From: Propionibacteriales bacterium
Lineage (GTDB): Bacteria > Actinomycetota > Actinomycetes > Propionibacteriales > Nocardioidaceae
NCBI GenBank assembly: GCA_026392415.1
Contig: JAPLCC010000016.1
Location: 2,503 to 66,502, forward strand
Length of the DNA stretch: 64,000 bases
Direction of reading: 5' to 3'
Below the pieces are notes generated by a model, which worked only from the letters and a program-made list of their open reading frames with translations, was not told the origin of the DNA and ran no database searches. Numbering within the stretch: the first letter of the stretch is position 1; every line of letters begins with the position of its first letter. Positions 1 through 8,842 of this stretch are shown here, piece after piece. A program made the position numbers and the translations under genes.

Positions 1-2
1 GC

Positions 3-1409
3 CGCGGGCGTCGTACGGCGCGGGAGAACATCGCCGACCTGATCGACGACGGGTCCTTCGTCGAGTACGGCCGTTTCGTCACCGCCGCCCAAGAGTCCCG
101 CCGTCCGCTCGCGGACCTGGTCGTCGAGGCGCCTGCTGACGGGATCATCGGCGGCACCGCGACCATCGACGGGCACCCGTGCGGGGTGCTGTCCTACGAC
201 TACCTGGTCATGGCCGGCACCCAGGGCATGCGCGGACACCGCAAGTCCGACCGGTTGATCGAACTGATCGGCCGGATGGGACTGCCGACAGTGTTCTTCA
301 CCGAGGGCGGCGGTGGTCGCCCCGGCGACACCGACCTGCCGCTCGTGTCAGCCCTCGACGTCGGCTCGTTCGCACTGTGGGGCGAGCTCCAGGGGGTGGT
401 CCCCCGGATCGCCGTCGTGTCCGGCCGGTGCTTCGCCGGCAACGCCGTGATCGCCGGGTGCGCGGACCTGCGGATCGCCACCCCGGACGCGAACCTCGGC
501 ATGGCCGGCCCGGCGATGATCGCCGGCGGCGGCCTGGGACAGTTCGCTGCCGAGGAGATCGGCCCGGTCGACGAACAGTCCGCCAACGGGGTGCTGGACG
601 TGGTCGTCGAGGACGAGGCCGAGGCCGTCGCCGTCGTACGCCGCCTGCTCTCCTGCCTGCGCGGTCACACCGCAAGCGGGGAGGCCCCTGACCAGGAGGC
701 CCTGCGCACCCTCCTTCCGGAGAACGACCGCGAAGGCTTCGACGTCCGGCCGGTGATCGAGACCCTTGCCGATGCGGACACGCTGACCTGGTTGCGCGAG
801 GGGTGGGCGCCCGAGCTGGTGACCGCGATCGGTCGCATCGGCGGCATGCCCACCGGATTCGTGGCCAACCAGTCGACCCAGCTGGCGGGCGCCCTGACCG
901 CTGACGCATCCGCGAAGGCCGCCGACTTCCTGGAGCTGTGCGAGCGCTGGAAGCTGCCGGTGGTGTCCCTGGTCGACACCCCGGGCTTCATGGTCGGCCC
1001 CGAGGCGGAGCGCACCGGCCTGGTCCGGCACGCGTCGCGGATGGTCACGGCGGGTGCCGTGCTGACCGTTCCGCTGATCGGTGTCGTCCTGCGCCGCGGC
1101 TACGGACTCGGTGCGCAGGCGATGCTCGGCGGCAGCACGCACCGGCCGCTGCTCACCGTTGCCTGGCCCGGCGCCCACCTCGGCGCGATGGGCCTCGAGG
1201 GCGCCGTCCGCCTGGCGCTGGCGAAGGAGCTGGCGGCGATGCCCGAGCAGGAGCGCGAGGCCGCGGTGGCCGAGCACACCGCCCAGCTCCGCGAGCACGC
1301 CAAGGCGCTGAACGCGGCCCGGATGTTCGAGATCGACGACGTCATCGACCCCGCCGAGACCCGCGCCGTCATCGTCGCGACCTTGCAGCGGGCCAGCTCG
1401 CGCCGCTGA
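3..1409 (+). CDS. Acyl-CoA carboxylase carboxyltransferase domain protein (5'-truncated by window edge)
   Basis: Frame of ORF 186..1409 is open from position 3 (RGRRTARENIADLIDDGSFVEYG). Tandem carboxyltransferase motifs: YDYLVMAGTQG, FFTEGGGGRPGD, SLVDTPGFMVGPEAE, IDDVIDPAETR. Confidence 0.9.
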   Translation, partial: RGRRTARENIADLIDDGSFVEYGRFVTAAQESRRPLADLVVEAPADGIIGGTATIDGHPCGVLSYDYLVMAGTQGMRGHRKSDRLIELIGRMGLPTVFFTEGGGGRPGDTDLPLVSALDVGSFALWGELQGVVPRIAVVSGRCFAGNAVIAGCADLRIATPDANLGMAGPAMIAGGGLGQFAAEEIGPVDEQSANGVLDVVVEDEAEAVAVVRRLLSCLRGHTASGEAPDQEALRTLLPENDREGFDVRPVIETLADADTLTWLREGWAPELVTAIGRIGGMPTGFVANQSTQLAGALTADASAKAADFLELCERWKLPVVSLVDTPGFMVGPEAERTGLVRHASRMVTAGAVLTVPLIGVVLRRGYGLGAQAMLGGSTHRPLLTVAWPGAHLGAMGLEGAVRLALAKELAAMPEQEREAAVAEHTAQLREHAKALNAARMFEIDDVIDPAETRAVIVATLQRASSRR

Positions 1410-1418
1410 GGTGCAGTC

Positions 1419-2150
1419 CTACTTGTCGAGCTTCTTCTTGATGAGCCAGGCACCCAGACCCAGCGCCGCCGCACCGGCGGCGATCGTGCCGGGCCGGTTC
1501 TGCCAACGCGTGTACTCCTCGGCCACCTGCGGCCAGGCCTCGCCGATGACTGCGGCGGCGTCCTCCGGGGTCGCCTGGAGGCCCTCCACGGAGACCGGCG
1601 TCCCGAAGACCATCCGCACCTTGCGCGGCAGCGGCCAGCGGCGCTTCTCGGTGCCGGTGATCGTGGTCGGGATGAGTGGCGCACCGGCCTCGATCGCGAG
1701 TCGGGCGGCGCCGCGCTTCGGCGCACCGAGCCCCTCCTCACGGACCCGGGTGCCCTCCGGGAACAGGGCCAGCGCATCCCCGCGGGCAAGGATCGCCCGC
1801 GCCGTCTCGAGGGCGTCCTCGTCGGAGGCGCCGCGGCGTACGGGGAAGGCGCCCAGGCGCAGGAAGATGCCAGCCAGCGGGCCCTCGAAGTGCTCGGCCT
1901 TGCCCATGAAGTGCACCGGACGGCGCAGCACGATGGCGACGAAGAACGGGTCCCAGAAGCTCTTGTGGTTGGGCACGATGACGACGGTCCCCTTCTTGGG
2001 GACGTTCTCCTTGCCCGTCGCGGTGAACCCGCACACGATCCGCAGGATCAGCGCCGCGGTGTACTTCACGACCAGGTAGAGCGGTCCGCTCACACCCTTC
2101 TCGCGCGCGATCCGGTGGGCTTCTTCGTTCGTCGTCGGCACGACAGACAT
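1419..2150 (-). CDS. 1-acyl-sn-glycerol-3-phosphate acyltransferase (PlsC/LPLAT family)
   Basis: NHKSFWD (HX4D), FMGKAE, FPVRRG and FPEGTR blocks. Confidence 0.9.
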   Translation of the reverse strand: MSVVPTTNEEAHRIAREKGVSGPLYLVVKYTAALILRIVCGFTATGKENVPKKGTVVIVPNHKSFWDPFFVAIVLRRPVHFMGKAEHFEGPLAGIFLRLGAFPVRRGASDEDALETARAILARGDALALFPEGTRVREEGLGAPKRGAARLAIEAGAPLIPTTITGTEKRRWPLPRKVRMVFGTPVSVEGLQATPEDAAAVIGEAWPQVAEEYTRWQNRPGTIAAGAAALGLGAWLIKKKLDK

Positions 2151-2190
2151 CTTGGCGCGAGCGACCCGATCCGGCCAGTGGCTCGCCGTA

Positions 2191-2335
2191 GGTTCGTCGA
2201 GTAGCGGCGAGCGCCAGCGGGCCGCGTATCGAGACGCGGTGAGCCGGTTGCGGGCGTCTCGATATGCCCTCGCCTGGCGGCTCGGGCTACTCGACGAACC
2301 TGGGCTGCCTGGCGGCTCGGGCTACTCGACGAACC
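2191..2335. repeat. REP/REPIN-like cluster (GTAG family): inverted pair plus a partial third copy
   Basis: Unit 2191-2237 (ggttcgtcgaGTAG-hairpin-gtatcgagacgc) and inverted unit 2254-2300. The last 29 nt of the second unit are duplicated at 2307-2335. Confidence 0.85.
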
Positions 2336-2342
2336 TACTGGC

Positions 2343-2696
2343 TCAGTGGATGAGGTCGCGCCAGTTCGTTGGTACGGCGCCGCGCGGGCCGGGCGCGGGC
2401 TGGTCCTCGGGATGCGCGGTCGGTGCCGCGAGCTGCGGGCCGTCGTAATAGGTCTGGGCGGCGTAGTCCCAGAACCAGTCCTCCCCCGGCTCGAACGTCT
2501 GCACCAGCGAGTGGCCGGACTGATGGAAGTGCGCCGTCGCATGCTGCTCGGGCGAGCTGTCGCAGCAGCCGACGTGGCCGCACCCGGCGCAACGGCGCAG
2601 GTGCACCCACCAGCCGCCCGCAGCCGAGCACTCCTGGCAGCCCACGCCCGAAGGCGGTGCGTCGACATCGATGGCCGGGTTCTGGTCACTGTCCAC
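2343..2696 (-). CDS. UBP-type zinc finger domain protein
   Basis: CQEC...HLRRCAGCGHVGCCDSSPEQHATAH Cys/His pattern. Confidence 0.9.
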   Translation of the reverse strand: MDSDQNPAIDVDAPPSGVGCQECSAAGGWWVHLRRCAGCGHVGCCDSSPEQHATAHFHQSGHSLVQTFEPGEDWFWDYAAQTYYDGPQLAAPTAHPEDQPAPGPRGAVPTNWRDLIH

Positions 2697-2718
2697 GTCG
2701 CGACCCTACGCTCGTCAC

Positions 2719-3639
2719 GTGGAGCCCCTCGGCCAATACCCCGACCCGACCCACGTCGTCGCGCACATCAGCGACCCACACCTGCTCGCCAGCTCGCTGC
2801 TGTACGGCGTCGTGGACACCGCCGCGCACCTCGAGCGCGCGCTGCAGCGACTCGCCCGCCTGCCGATGCCGCCCCAGGCACTCGTCTTCACGGGCGACCT
2901 CGCGGACCGGGCCGAGCCGGCGGCGTACACGAGGCTGCGCAGGATCGTGGAGCCTGCGGCCGAGGCGCTGGGTGCCGAGGTGGTGTGGGTGATGGGCAAC
3001 CACGACGAGCGGGCGGCGTACGCGCGCGGGCTGTTCGACCACGACATCGGGGAGAGCGAGGCTCCGCAGGACCGCGTTCACGACGTCGCCGGCCTGCGCA
3101 TCGTCGCGCTCGACACGAGCGTCCCGGGTTGGCACCACGGCGAGCTCACCGACGACCAGCTCGCCTGGCTGGCCGACGTCCTCGCCGAACCAGCGCCCCA
3201 CGGCACCCTGCTCGCCCTGCACCACGCGCCCATCCCGGTGCCGATGCTGCGACTGGCCGAGCTCATCGAACTGCACGACCAGGAGCGGCTCGCGGCCGTC
3301 GTCGCGGGGACCGACGTCCGCGGCATCCTCGGCGGCCACTTCCACTTCACGTCGTTCTCGACGTTCGCAGGTGTCCCGGTCTCGGTCGCCTCGGCCACCT
3401 GCTACACGTCCGAGGTCGCACCTGACCAGCGGCTGCTGTCGGGGGTCGACGCGAACCAGGCCTTCACGATGCTGCACCTCTACGAGGACCGGGTCGTGCA
3501 CTCCGTCGTGCCGGCCATGGACGGCCCGGAGGTCAGCGGCCACGGGCTGGAGATGCTGGAGCCGTTCCGTTCACTGACCCCGGAGCAGCGCTTCGACATG
3601 GTCTCGCGCAAGGACTCGTTGCTGAACAAGCCGGGCTAG
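2719..3639 (+). CDS. Metallophosphoesterase, CpdA-like cyclic nucleotide phosphodiesterase
   Basis: All five calcineurin-like motifs present: HISDPH, TGDLAD, GNHD, LHH, GHFH. GTG start at 2719. Confidence 0.9.
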   Translation: MEPLGQYPDPTHVVAHISDPHLLASSLLYGVVDTAAHLERALQRLARLPMPPQALVFTGDLADRAEPAAYTRLRRIVEPAAEALGAEVVWVMGNHDERAAYARGLFDHDIGESEAPQDRVHDVAGLRIVALDTSVPGWHHGELTDDQLAWLADVLAEPAPHGTLLALHHAPIPVPMLRLAELIELHDQERLAAVVAGTDVRGILGGHFHFTSFSTFAGVPVSVASATCYTSEVAPDQRLLSGVDANQAFTMLHLYEDRVVHSVVPAMDGPEVSGHGLEMLEPFRSLTPEQRFDMVSRKDSLLNKPG

Positions 3640-3670
3640 GCATCACCGCTGGCGGAGCCCGATCGGCGCA

Positions 3671-4117
3671 TCAGCGCCAGGCGCGGCGCACCGGCAGGGA
3701 CGCGTCACGATCCCAGCCGGCGCCGAGCTGGCGACCTGACAGGGACTTCCACCGGAGCCGGATCCACAGGTCGTCCTCGTGCCGCAGCCAGCGGGGTGGG
3801 CCGGGGACGTGGCGCTCGGTCTCGGTGCGTTCCGAGTCCGGGCATCGCTCACCGGTGCCGCGGGCGACCACCGACCAGCCGTGGCCGCGCTCGTAGTCGA
3901 CCTGGTCGACCTCGAACAACATGGCCGCGCCGTCGGCGTACCGGTCGAGCAGGGTTCCGGCGGCGATCCGCACCAGGATGGCGTCCTCGACGACGACGTA
4001 GTTGACCGGCAGGATGTCCATTCCTCGCGGCCCACCGAGCAGGACGAGACGGCCGTAGACGCCGGCGCGCAACAGGTCCTCGCACTCGGAGGTCGTGAGT
4101 TCGATCAGACTCGACAT
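3671..4117 (-). CDS. Pyridoxamine 5'-phosphate oxidase-like (FMN split-barrel) protein
   Basis: ELTTSECEDLL...GRL...ILPVNYVV...FEVDQVD...GWSVVARG. ATG at 4117. Confidence 0.85.
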   Translation of the reverse strand: MSSLIELTTSECEDLLRAGVYGRLVLLGGPRGMDILPVNYVVVEDAILVRIAAGTLLDRYADGAAMLFEVDQVDYERGHGWSVVARGTGERCPDSERTETERHVPGPPRWLRHEDDLWIRLRWKSLSGRQLGAGWDRDASLPVRRAWR

Positions 4118-4128
4118 GTACCGATCCT

Positions 4129-4677
4129 TCAGTTCGGGTGGACGGCGCTCACGCCCGTGACACAGGCCGCGATGGCGGCAGCAGCGGGCAGGTCCGGGTG
4201 GCTGTCGACACCCGCCGGGCTCAGCTCGACGACACCGTGGTGCACCTGGACCCGACAACTCAGCACACCCGCCCGCACGAGGGCGTCCATCACACCTTCC
4301 TGCAGCTCCTCGTCGTCGCGCGCCAGCGCACGGACCACGTCACTGCGACTGACGACACCGACGACCTGGTCGGACGCGTCCACCACCGGAACACTCTTGG
4401 CAACGGTGCGCATGAGGATGCGCTGGAGCTCGGCGACATCGGTCTCGGGGTGCACGACGACCAGCTGCCGGCTCATGACGTCGGCGGTCAGGTCTGCCGG
4501 ACGGGCCCGATCCCCGAGGAGGTCCGCCTCGCTGAGCACTCCGATCAGGCGTGACTGTGCATCGACGACAGGCACCGCGGTCACCTGGTGCCGCGCGAGC
4601 AACCGCGCGGCGGTTCCGACCGTGCTGTCCGAACGCACCGTGATCGGCCGGTTGCTCATGATGTCGCGAACCCGCAT
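4129..4677 (-). CDS. CBS-pair plus BON-like domain protein
   Basis: MRVRDIMS...VPVVD...IGVLSEADLL...VPVVD...VGVVSRSDVVR, followed by a BON-like tail. 7 nt downstream of the ppdK stop. Confidence 0.85.
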   Translation of the reverse strand: MRVRDIMSNRPITVRSDSTVGTAARLLARHQVTAVPVVDAQSRLIGVLSEADLLGDRARPADLTADVMSRQLVVVHPETDVAELQRILMRTVAKSVPVVDASDQVVGVVSRSDVVRALARDDEELQEGVMDALVRAGVLSCRVQVHHGVVELSPAGVDSHPDLPAAAAIAACVTGVSAVHPN

Positions 4678-4684
4678 CGCCAGA

Positions 4685-7405
4685 TCACCTCGCCCCGACG
4701 AGGCCGTCGCGGACCGCATCGCTGCGGCCGGGAGGTTCGGCGGTGGCCGGGTGCAGGAGTGCTGCCCGACCCGCCTCGAGCCGTGCGACCGGGATCCGGA
4801 ACGGCGAGCAGGAGACGTAGTCCACGCCCAGCTCCTCGAAGACGTGGATGGAGGTCGGGTCGCCGGCGTGCTCCCCGCAGACACCCACCGGGACCCGGTG
4901 TCCGGTGCCGCGGGCGCCGGACACGGTCATCGCGACGAGTGCGCCCACCCCTTCACGGTCGATCGACTCGAACGGCGAGGTGCGCAGCACACCGACTTCG
5001 CGGTACTGCGAGAGGAAGGCTCGTTCGGCATCGTCACGGGAGATGCCCCAGGTGAGCTGGGTCAGGTCGTTGGTGCCGAGGGAGAGGAACTCGGCGCGCT
5101 CCGCCAGTCGTCCGGCGACCACGGCGGCTCGCGGTGTCTCGACCATCGTGCCGAGGCGGTAGGGCACCCGGCCCCGGCGCTCGGCGACCTCGTCGGCGAC
5201 CTCCCCGACCAGTCGCGCGACCAGGTCGAGCTCCTCCACGGCGCTGACGAGCGGCACCATCAGCTCGAGGTCGAAGGGGCGCCCGCGCTCGCGCAGGTCT
5301 GCGGCCGCCTCGAAGGCGGCGCTCACCTGGGCGCGCGCCAGCTCGGGGCGGAGGATCGCGAGCCGAACCCCGCGCAGGCCGGTCATCGGGTTCTCCTCGT
5401 GGATCCGCCGCACCGCTGCGAGCCGACGAACCGCAGCGTCGGTCAGCGAACCCTGCTGGCGAGCCATCGCGACCCGAACCGAGAGCTCGGTGAGGTCCGG
5501 CAAGAACTCGTGCAAGGGGGCGTCGAGGAGCCGGATCGTCACCGATCGACCATCCGCCGCGTCGAGAATCGCAGCGAAGCCCTCTCGCTGGAGAGCGGTG
5601 AGCTCGTGCAGCGCCTGGTCCCGTTCGACCTCGTCACCGAGGAGCACGCGCTCGACGAAGGTGCGGCGATCGCCGAGGAACATGTGCTCGGTGCGACACA
5701 GGCCGATGCCCTCGGCGCCGAACCGCATCGCACGGGAGACGTCGGCGGCGGAGTCCGCATTGGCGCGCACACCGAGGCGTCGAACGGAGTCCGCGTGGGC
5801 CAGGAGCCGGGCGACCGCGGGAGCAACCGACCCGCCGTCCACGCCCTCGTCGAGCCACCGCGTCACCTCGGACGCGATGGTGCGGTGCCGCCCGCGAAAG
5901 ACCTGTCCGCTGGCACCGTCGAGGGAGATCAGGTCACCCTCTGCGAAGACAGGTCGCCCGGAAAGGGACACCTGCCGGCGGTCGGTGTCGATCTCGAGAG
6001 CATCGACGCCACACACGGCCGGAAGGCCCATTCCGCGCGCGACCACTGCAGCGTGCGAGGTGCGCCCGCCGCGGCCCGTCAGGACACCTTTCGCCGCGAC
6101 CATGCCCGGAAGGTCTTCGGGCCGGGTCTCGCTGCGGACCAGGATCACGTCCTCGCCGCGGCCAGCCATCGTGACGGCGGTGGCGGAGTCGAGCGCGATC
6201 CGGCCGACGGCCGCACCCGGGGAGGCGCCGAGCCCCACCACGACCTCCCGTCCGGCCGACGTGAGGTCGAGCTGGGGGACGAGCAGCTGCGTGAGCTGTT
6301 CGCCGGTGACCATGAGGAGTGCCTCGTCCTCGGTGATCCATCCCTCGTCGACCAGGTCGACCGCGATGCGGAAGGCCGCGGTGGGGCTCCGCTGTCCGAC
6401 CCTGGTCTGCAGAATCCAGAGTCGGCCGTCCTCGACGGTGAACTCGATGTCACACATGTCGCGGTAGTGGCGCTCGAGGGTGCCCATGATCGAGCGCAGT
6501 CGCCGGTACGACGCGGGGTCGACGTCGCGCAACTGGCTCAACGGCATCGCGGTGCGGACGCCGGACACGACGTCCTCGCCCTGTGCGGTCATCAGGAAGT
6601 CGCCGTAGTCGCCCGGCTCCCCGGTCGCCGGGTCGCGGGTGAACGCGACACCGGAACCGGACGCCGTACCGCGGTTTCCGTAGACCATCGCCTGCACGTT
6701 GACCGCCGTACCGAGGTCGTCGGCGATGCCGTGCTGTCGTCGGTACAGACCGGCACGCTGCGTGGTCCAGGACGCAAGCACGGCCTCGATGGCCAGGTCG
6801 AGCTGCTCGCGGGGGTCCTCGGGCACCTCACGTCCTGCGATCTCGGCGCACAACGCCTTGTTCCGCTCGGCCACCTCTCGCAGGTCGGCCGCATCCAGGT
6901 CGAGATCGTCCTCGACGCCCCGCGCGGCCTTGACTGCCGCGAGCTCGTCGGCGAACCGCGCTGCTGGAACACCGAACACGGTCTCGCCGAACATCTGGAG
7001 CATCCGGCGGTAGCAGTCGTGGGCGAAACGTTCGTCGCCGGTCGCGGCCGCCAGCCCGCGGACGCTCCGATCGTTGAGGCCGAGGTCGAGAATCGTGTCC
7101 ATCATTCCGGGCATCGACGTGGCGGCACCGGAGCGCACGGCGAGGAGCAGTGGATCCTCCGGGTCGCCGAACCGGCGACCGGCCTCCGCCTCCAGCAGCT
7201 GCAGCTCACGATCGAGCTCGCTCGCCAGTCCCGGCGGAGTGCTGGCCTGCGCCAGGAAGTACCGGCACGCCTGCGTCGTGATCGTGAAGCCCGGCGGCAC
7301 CGGCAGGCCGAGCTGCACCATCTGGGCGAGGTCGGCGCCCTTGCCGCCGAGCAGCGCGCGATCGGGTGTGCCGGGGCAGCTGAAGGAGTACACGTATCGG
7401 GTCAC
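4685..7405 (-). CDS. ppdK: Pyruvate, phosphate dikinase
   Basis: LLGGKGA, VRSGA..SMPGMMDT, phospho-His motif TSHAAVVARG, GIGLCRTEHMF, GTNDLTQ, catalytic Cys in CGEHAGDP. Confidence 0.97.
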   Translation of the reverse strand: MTRYVYSFSCPGTPDRALLGGKGADLAQMVQLGLPVPPGFTITTQACRYFLAQASTPPGLASELDRELQLLEAEAGRRFGDPEDPLLLAVRSGAATSMPGMMDTILDLGLNDRSVRGLAAATGDERFAHDCYRRMLQMFGETVFGVPAARFADELAAVKAARGVEDDLDLDAADLREVAERNKALCAEIAGREVPEDPREQLDLAIEAVLASWTTQRAGLYRRQHGIADDLGTAVNVQAMVYGNRGTASGSGVAFTRDPATGEPGDYGDFLMTAQGEDVVSGVRTAMPLSQLRDVDPASYRRLRSIMGTLERHYRDMCDIEFTVEDGRLWILQTRVGQRSPTAAFRIAVDLVDEGWITEDEALLMVTGEQLTQLLVPQLDLTSAGREVVVGLGASPGAAVGRIALDSATAVTMAGRGEDVILVRSETRPEDLPGMVAAKGVLTGRGGRTSHAAVVARGMGLPAVCGVDALEIDTDRRQVSLSGRPVFAEGDLISLDGASGQVFRGRHRTIASEVTRWLDEGVDGGSVAPAVARLLAHADSVRRLGVRANADSAADVSRAMRFGAEGIGLCRTEHMFLGDRRTFVERVLLGDEVERDQALHELTALQREGFAAILDAADGRSVTIRLLDAPLHEFLPDLTELSVRVAMARQQGSLTDAAVRRLAAVRRIHEENPMTGLRGVRLAILRPELARAQVSAAFEAAADLRERGRPFDLELMVPLVSAVEELDLVARLVGEVADEVAERRGRVPYRLGTMVETPRAAVVAGRLAERAEFLSLGTNDLTQLTWGISRDDAERAFLSQYREVGVLRTSPFESIDREGVGALVAMTVSGARGTGHRVPVGVCGEHAGDPTSIHVFEELGVDYVSCSPFRIPVARLEAGRAALLHPATAEPPGRSDAVRDGLVGAR

Positions 7406-8762
7406 GATCCGATCGTGTCCCGGCGGGCCGACGACCTGCAGGGCCGAAGGTCCCGCGCCGTCGGGACCGTCTTCCCCCGCTGCCCGCCAGGGTCGGCCAG
7501 GCCCCCAGGAGCACCGGGCCGGCCATGACGACGACCGGGAGATACCAGCGCACCCCGTCCCCGTCGATCAACCAACCCGCGGCGAGCAGGGCGAGGCCGG
7601 CGGTGGTCCAGCCTGCGACACACAGCGCCGGCACCGGACTGCGGCTGAGCTCGGTGGACCTCGGCACGTGCTCGAAGGAACCGAGGAGGCCGACGAGCAC
7701 GGCCGTGACAACGAGCAGCACAGCGAACCAGGCGGGCCGCTGCCACCACCATGCCGCGGTGTCCGGACGCGCGTGGAGACCGAGCCCGCCGAACCACAGG
7801 GCTCCCGCGGTCACCAGCCCCATCGCGGTGAGGTGCCACAGGTAGACCGTCATCATCCGGACGCCGAGGGTGAGCGTCACCAGACCACCGGCACGACGGG
7901 AGGCGAAACCGGCCAGGACCGGCCGCAGGGCGACCGTGACTCCGACCTGGAGCACGCCCAGCAGGAGCAGGGTGACCCGCGGCGGTTGGGCGTTGTCGAC
8001 GCCGAAGCCACTCACCCCGACCATCGAGACGCCGTACGGCCCGAGCACGACGAGAGCAACCAACGCGCAGCCACCGCCCACGGCGACCCGACGCGAGCGG
8101 TGGTCCAGCCAGCCGTCCTGCCAGGCGACGCCCCACTGGTGGACCGCCAGCCAGACCACGAGAACGTTCAGGCCCCCGACGCCCGCCCAGGGCGTCGCCA
8201 GGCTGACCAGGTCGACGAGGCCGGCCGTCAGCAGGCCGACGAGGAGCGTCCAGGCTCCCCAGCGGTCCCAGGCCCGGACGAGGCCGGGGGCGGTGGCCGT
8301 GACCACCAGGTACACCGCGAGGAACCAGGTCGGCACGAGTGACGCGCGGCTCGCCACCCCGACCCACCCCCGGTCGAGTCCGACGTGCGGAGCCATCGCG
8401 GCGGCGACCGCCCAGAACACGAGCAACGGCACGACGGGACCGGTGAGACGCAGCACCCGGACATGCAGCCAGGCACCGTAGTTCTGCCCCCGGGCGCGCG
8501 CACGACGCCAGGACCGGGCGTTGGCATACCCACCCACGGCGAACACGAGCGGCATGACCTGGGCGAGCCAGGTGAGCGGATGCGTCCACGGCGCGAGACC
8601 CAGCAGACCGTCGCGGTGGAGGTAGCCGCTCGCGTCGACGTACAGGCCCTGCATGACCCAGTGTCCGAGGACGACGATGACCAACGCAGACGCGCGGACG
8701 AGGTCGACGACGGCGTCGTGGTCGGAGGGGCCTGGCTCCTCAACGGACCTTGCTGGCGTCAC
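7206..8762 (-). CDS. Membrane acyltransferase family 3 protein
   Basis: VDLVRASALVIVVLGHW, QVMPLVFAVGG, WFLAVY and about 10 hydrophobic segments. Hydrophobic core ends near 7500, but the frame runs on to 7206, inside ppdK. Confidence 0.8.
   Translation of the reverse strand: MTPARSVEEPGPSDHDAVVDLVRASALVIVVLGHWVMQGLYVDASGYLHRDGLLGLAPWTHPLTWLAQVMPLVFAVGGYANARSWRRARARGQNYGAWLHVRVLRLTGPVVPLLVFWAVAAAMAPHVGLDRGWVGVASRASLVPTWFLAVYLVVTATAPGLVRAWDRWGAWTLLVGLLTAGLVDLVSLATPWAGVGGLNVLVVWLAVHQWGVAWQDGWLDHRSRRVAVGGGCALVALVVLGPYGVSMVGVSGFGVDNAQPPRVTLLLLGVLQVGVTVALRPVLAGFASRRAGGLVTLTLGVRMMTVYLWHLTAMGLVTAGALWFGGLGLHARPDTAAWWWQRPAWFAVLLVVTAVLVGLLGSFEHVPRSTELSRSPVPALCVAGWTTAGLALLAAGWLIDGDGVRWYLPVVVMAGPVLLGAWPTLAGSGGRRSRRRGTFGPAGRRPAGTRSDRDPIRVLLQLPRHTRSRAARRQGRRPRPDGAARPAGAAGLHDHDAGVPVLPGAGQHSAGTGERARS
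7425..7476. promoter_or_regulatory. DosR-like tandem boxes upstream of ppdK
   Basis: gggccgaaggtccc 7441-7454 and gggaccgtcttccc 7463-7476 (22-bp spacing), weaker site 7425-7438. A -10-like CACGAT sits 6 nt before the GTG (possible leaderless mRNA). Confidence 0.75.
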
Positions 8763-8797
8763 GCAACCGACGCTCCCGGCGATTCGCGCAATGGAAC

Positions 8798-8834
8798 AGG
8801 ACCGAAACGCCTGTCCCCGCGGGACCAAGTGCCC
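8798..8834. promoter_or_regulatory. DosR-like tandem boxes upstream of the acyltransferase
   Basis: aggaccgaaacgcc 8798-8811 and gggaccaagtgccc 8821-8834 (23-bp spacing). Confidence 0.55.
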
Positions 8835-8842
8835 CCGATCGG

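Noticed and set aside
3779-7528. 1249-aa plus-strand ORF, and similar long ORFs such as 36464..39529, 41896..44325 and 54737..57610
   Set aside because: Antisense shadows of well-supported genes (ppdK, glnE, nadE, Pat). Stop-free antisense frames are expected with high-GC codon bias, and they show no recognisable motifs.
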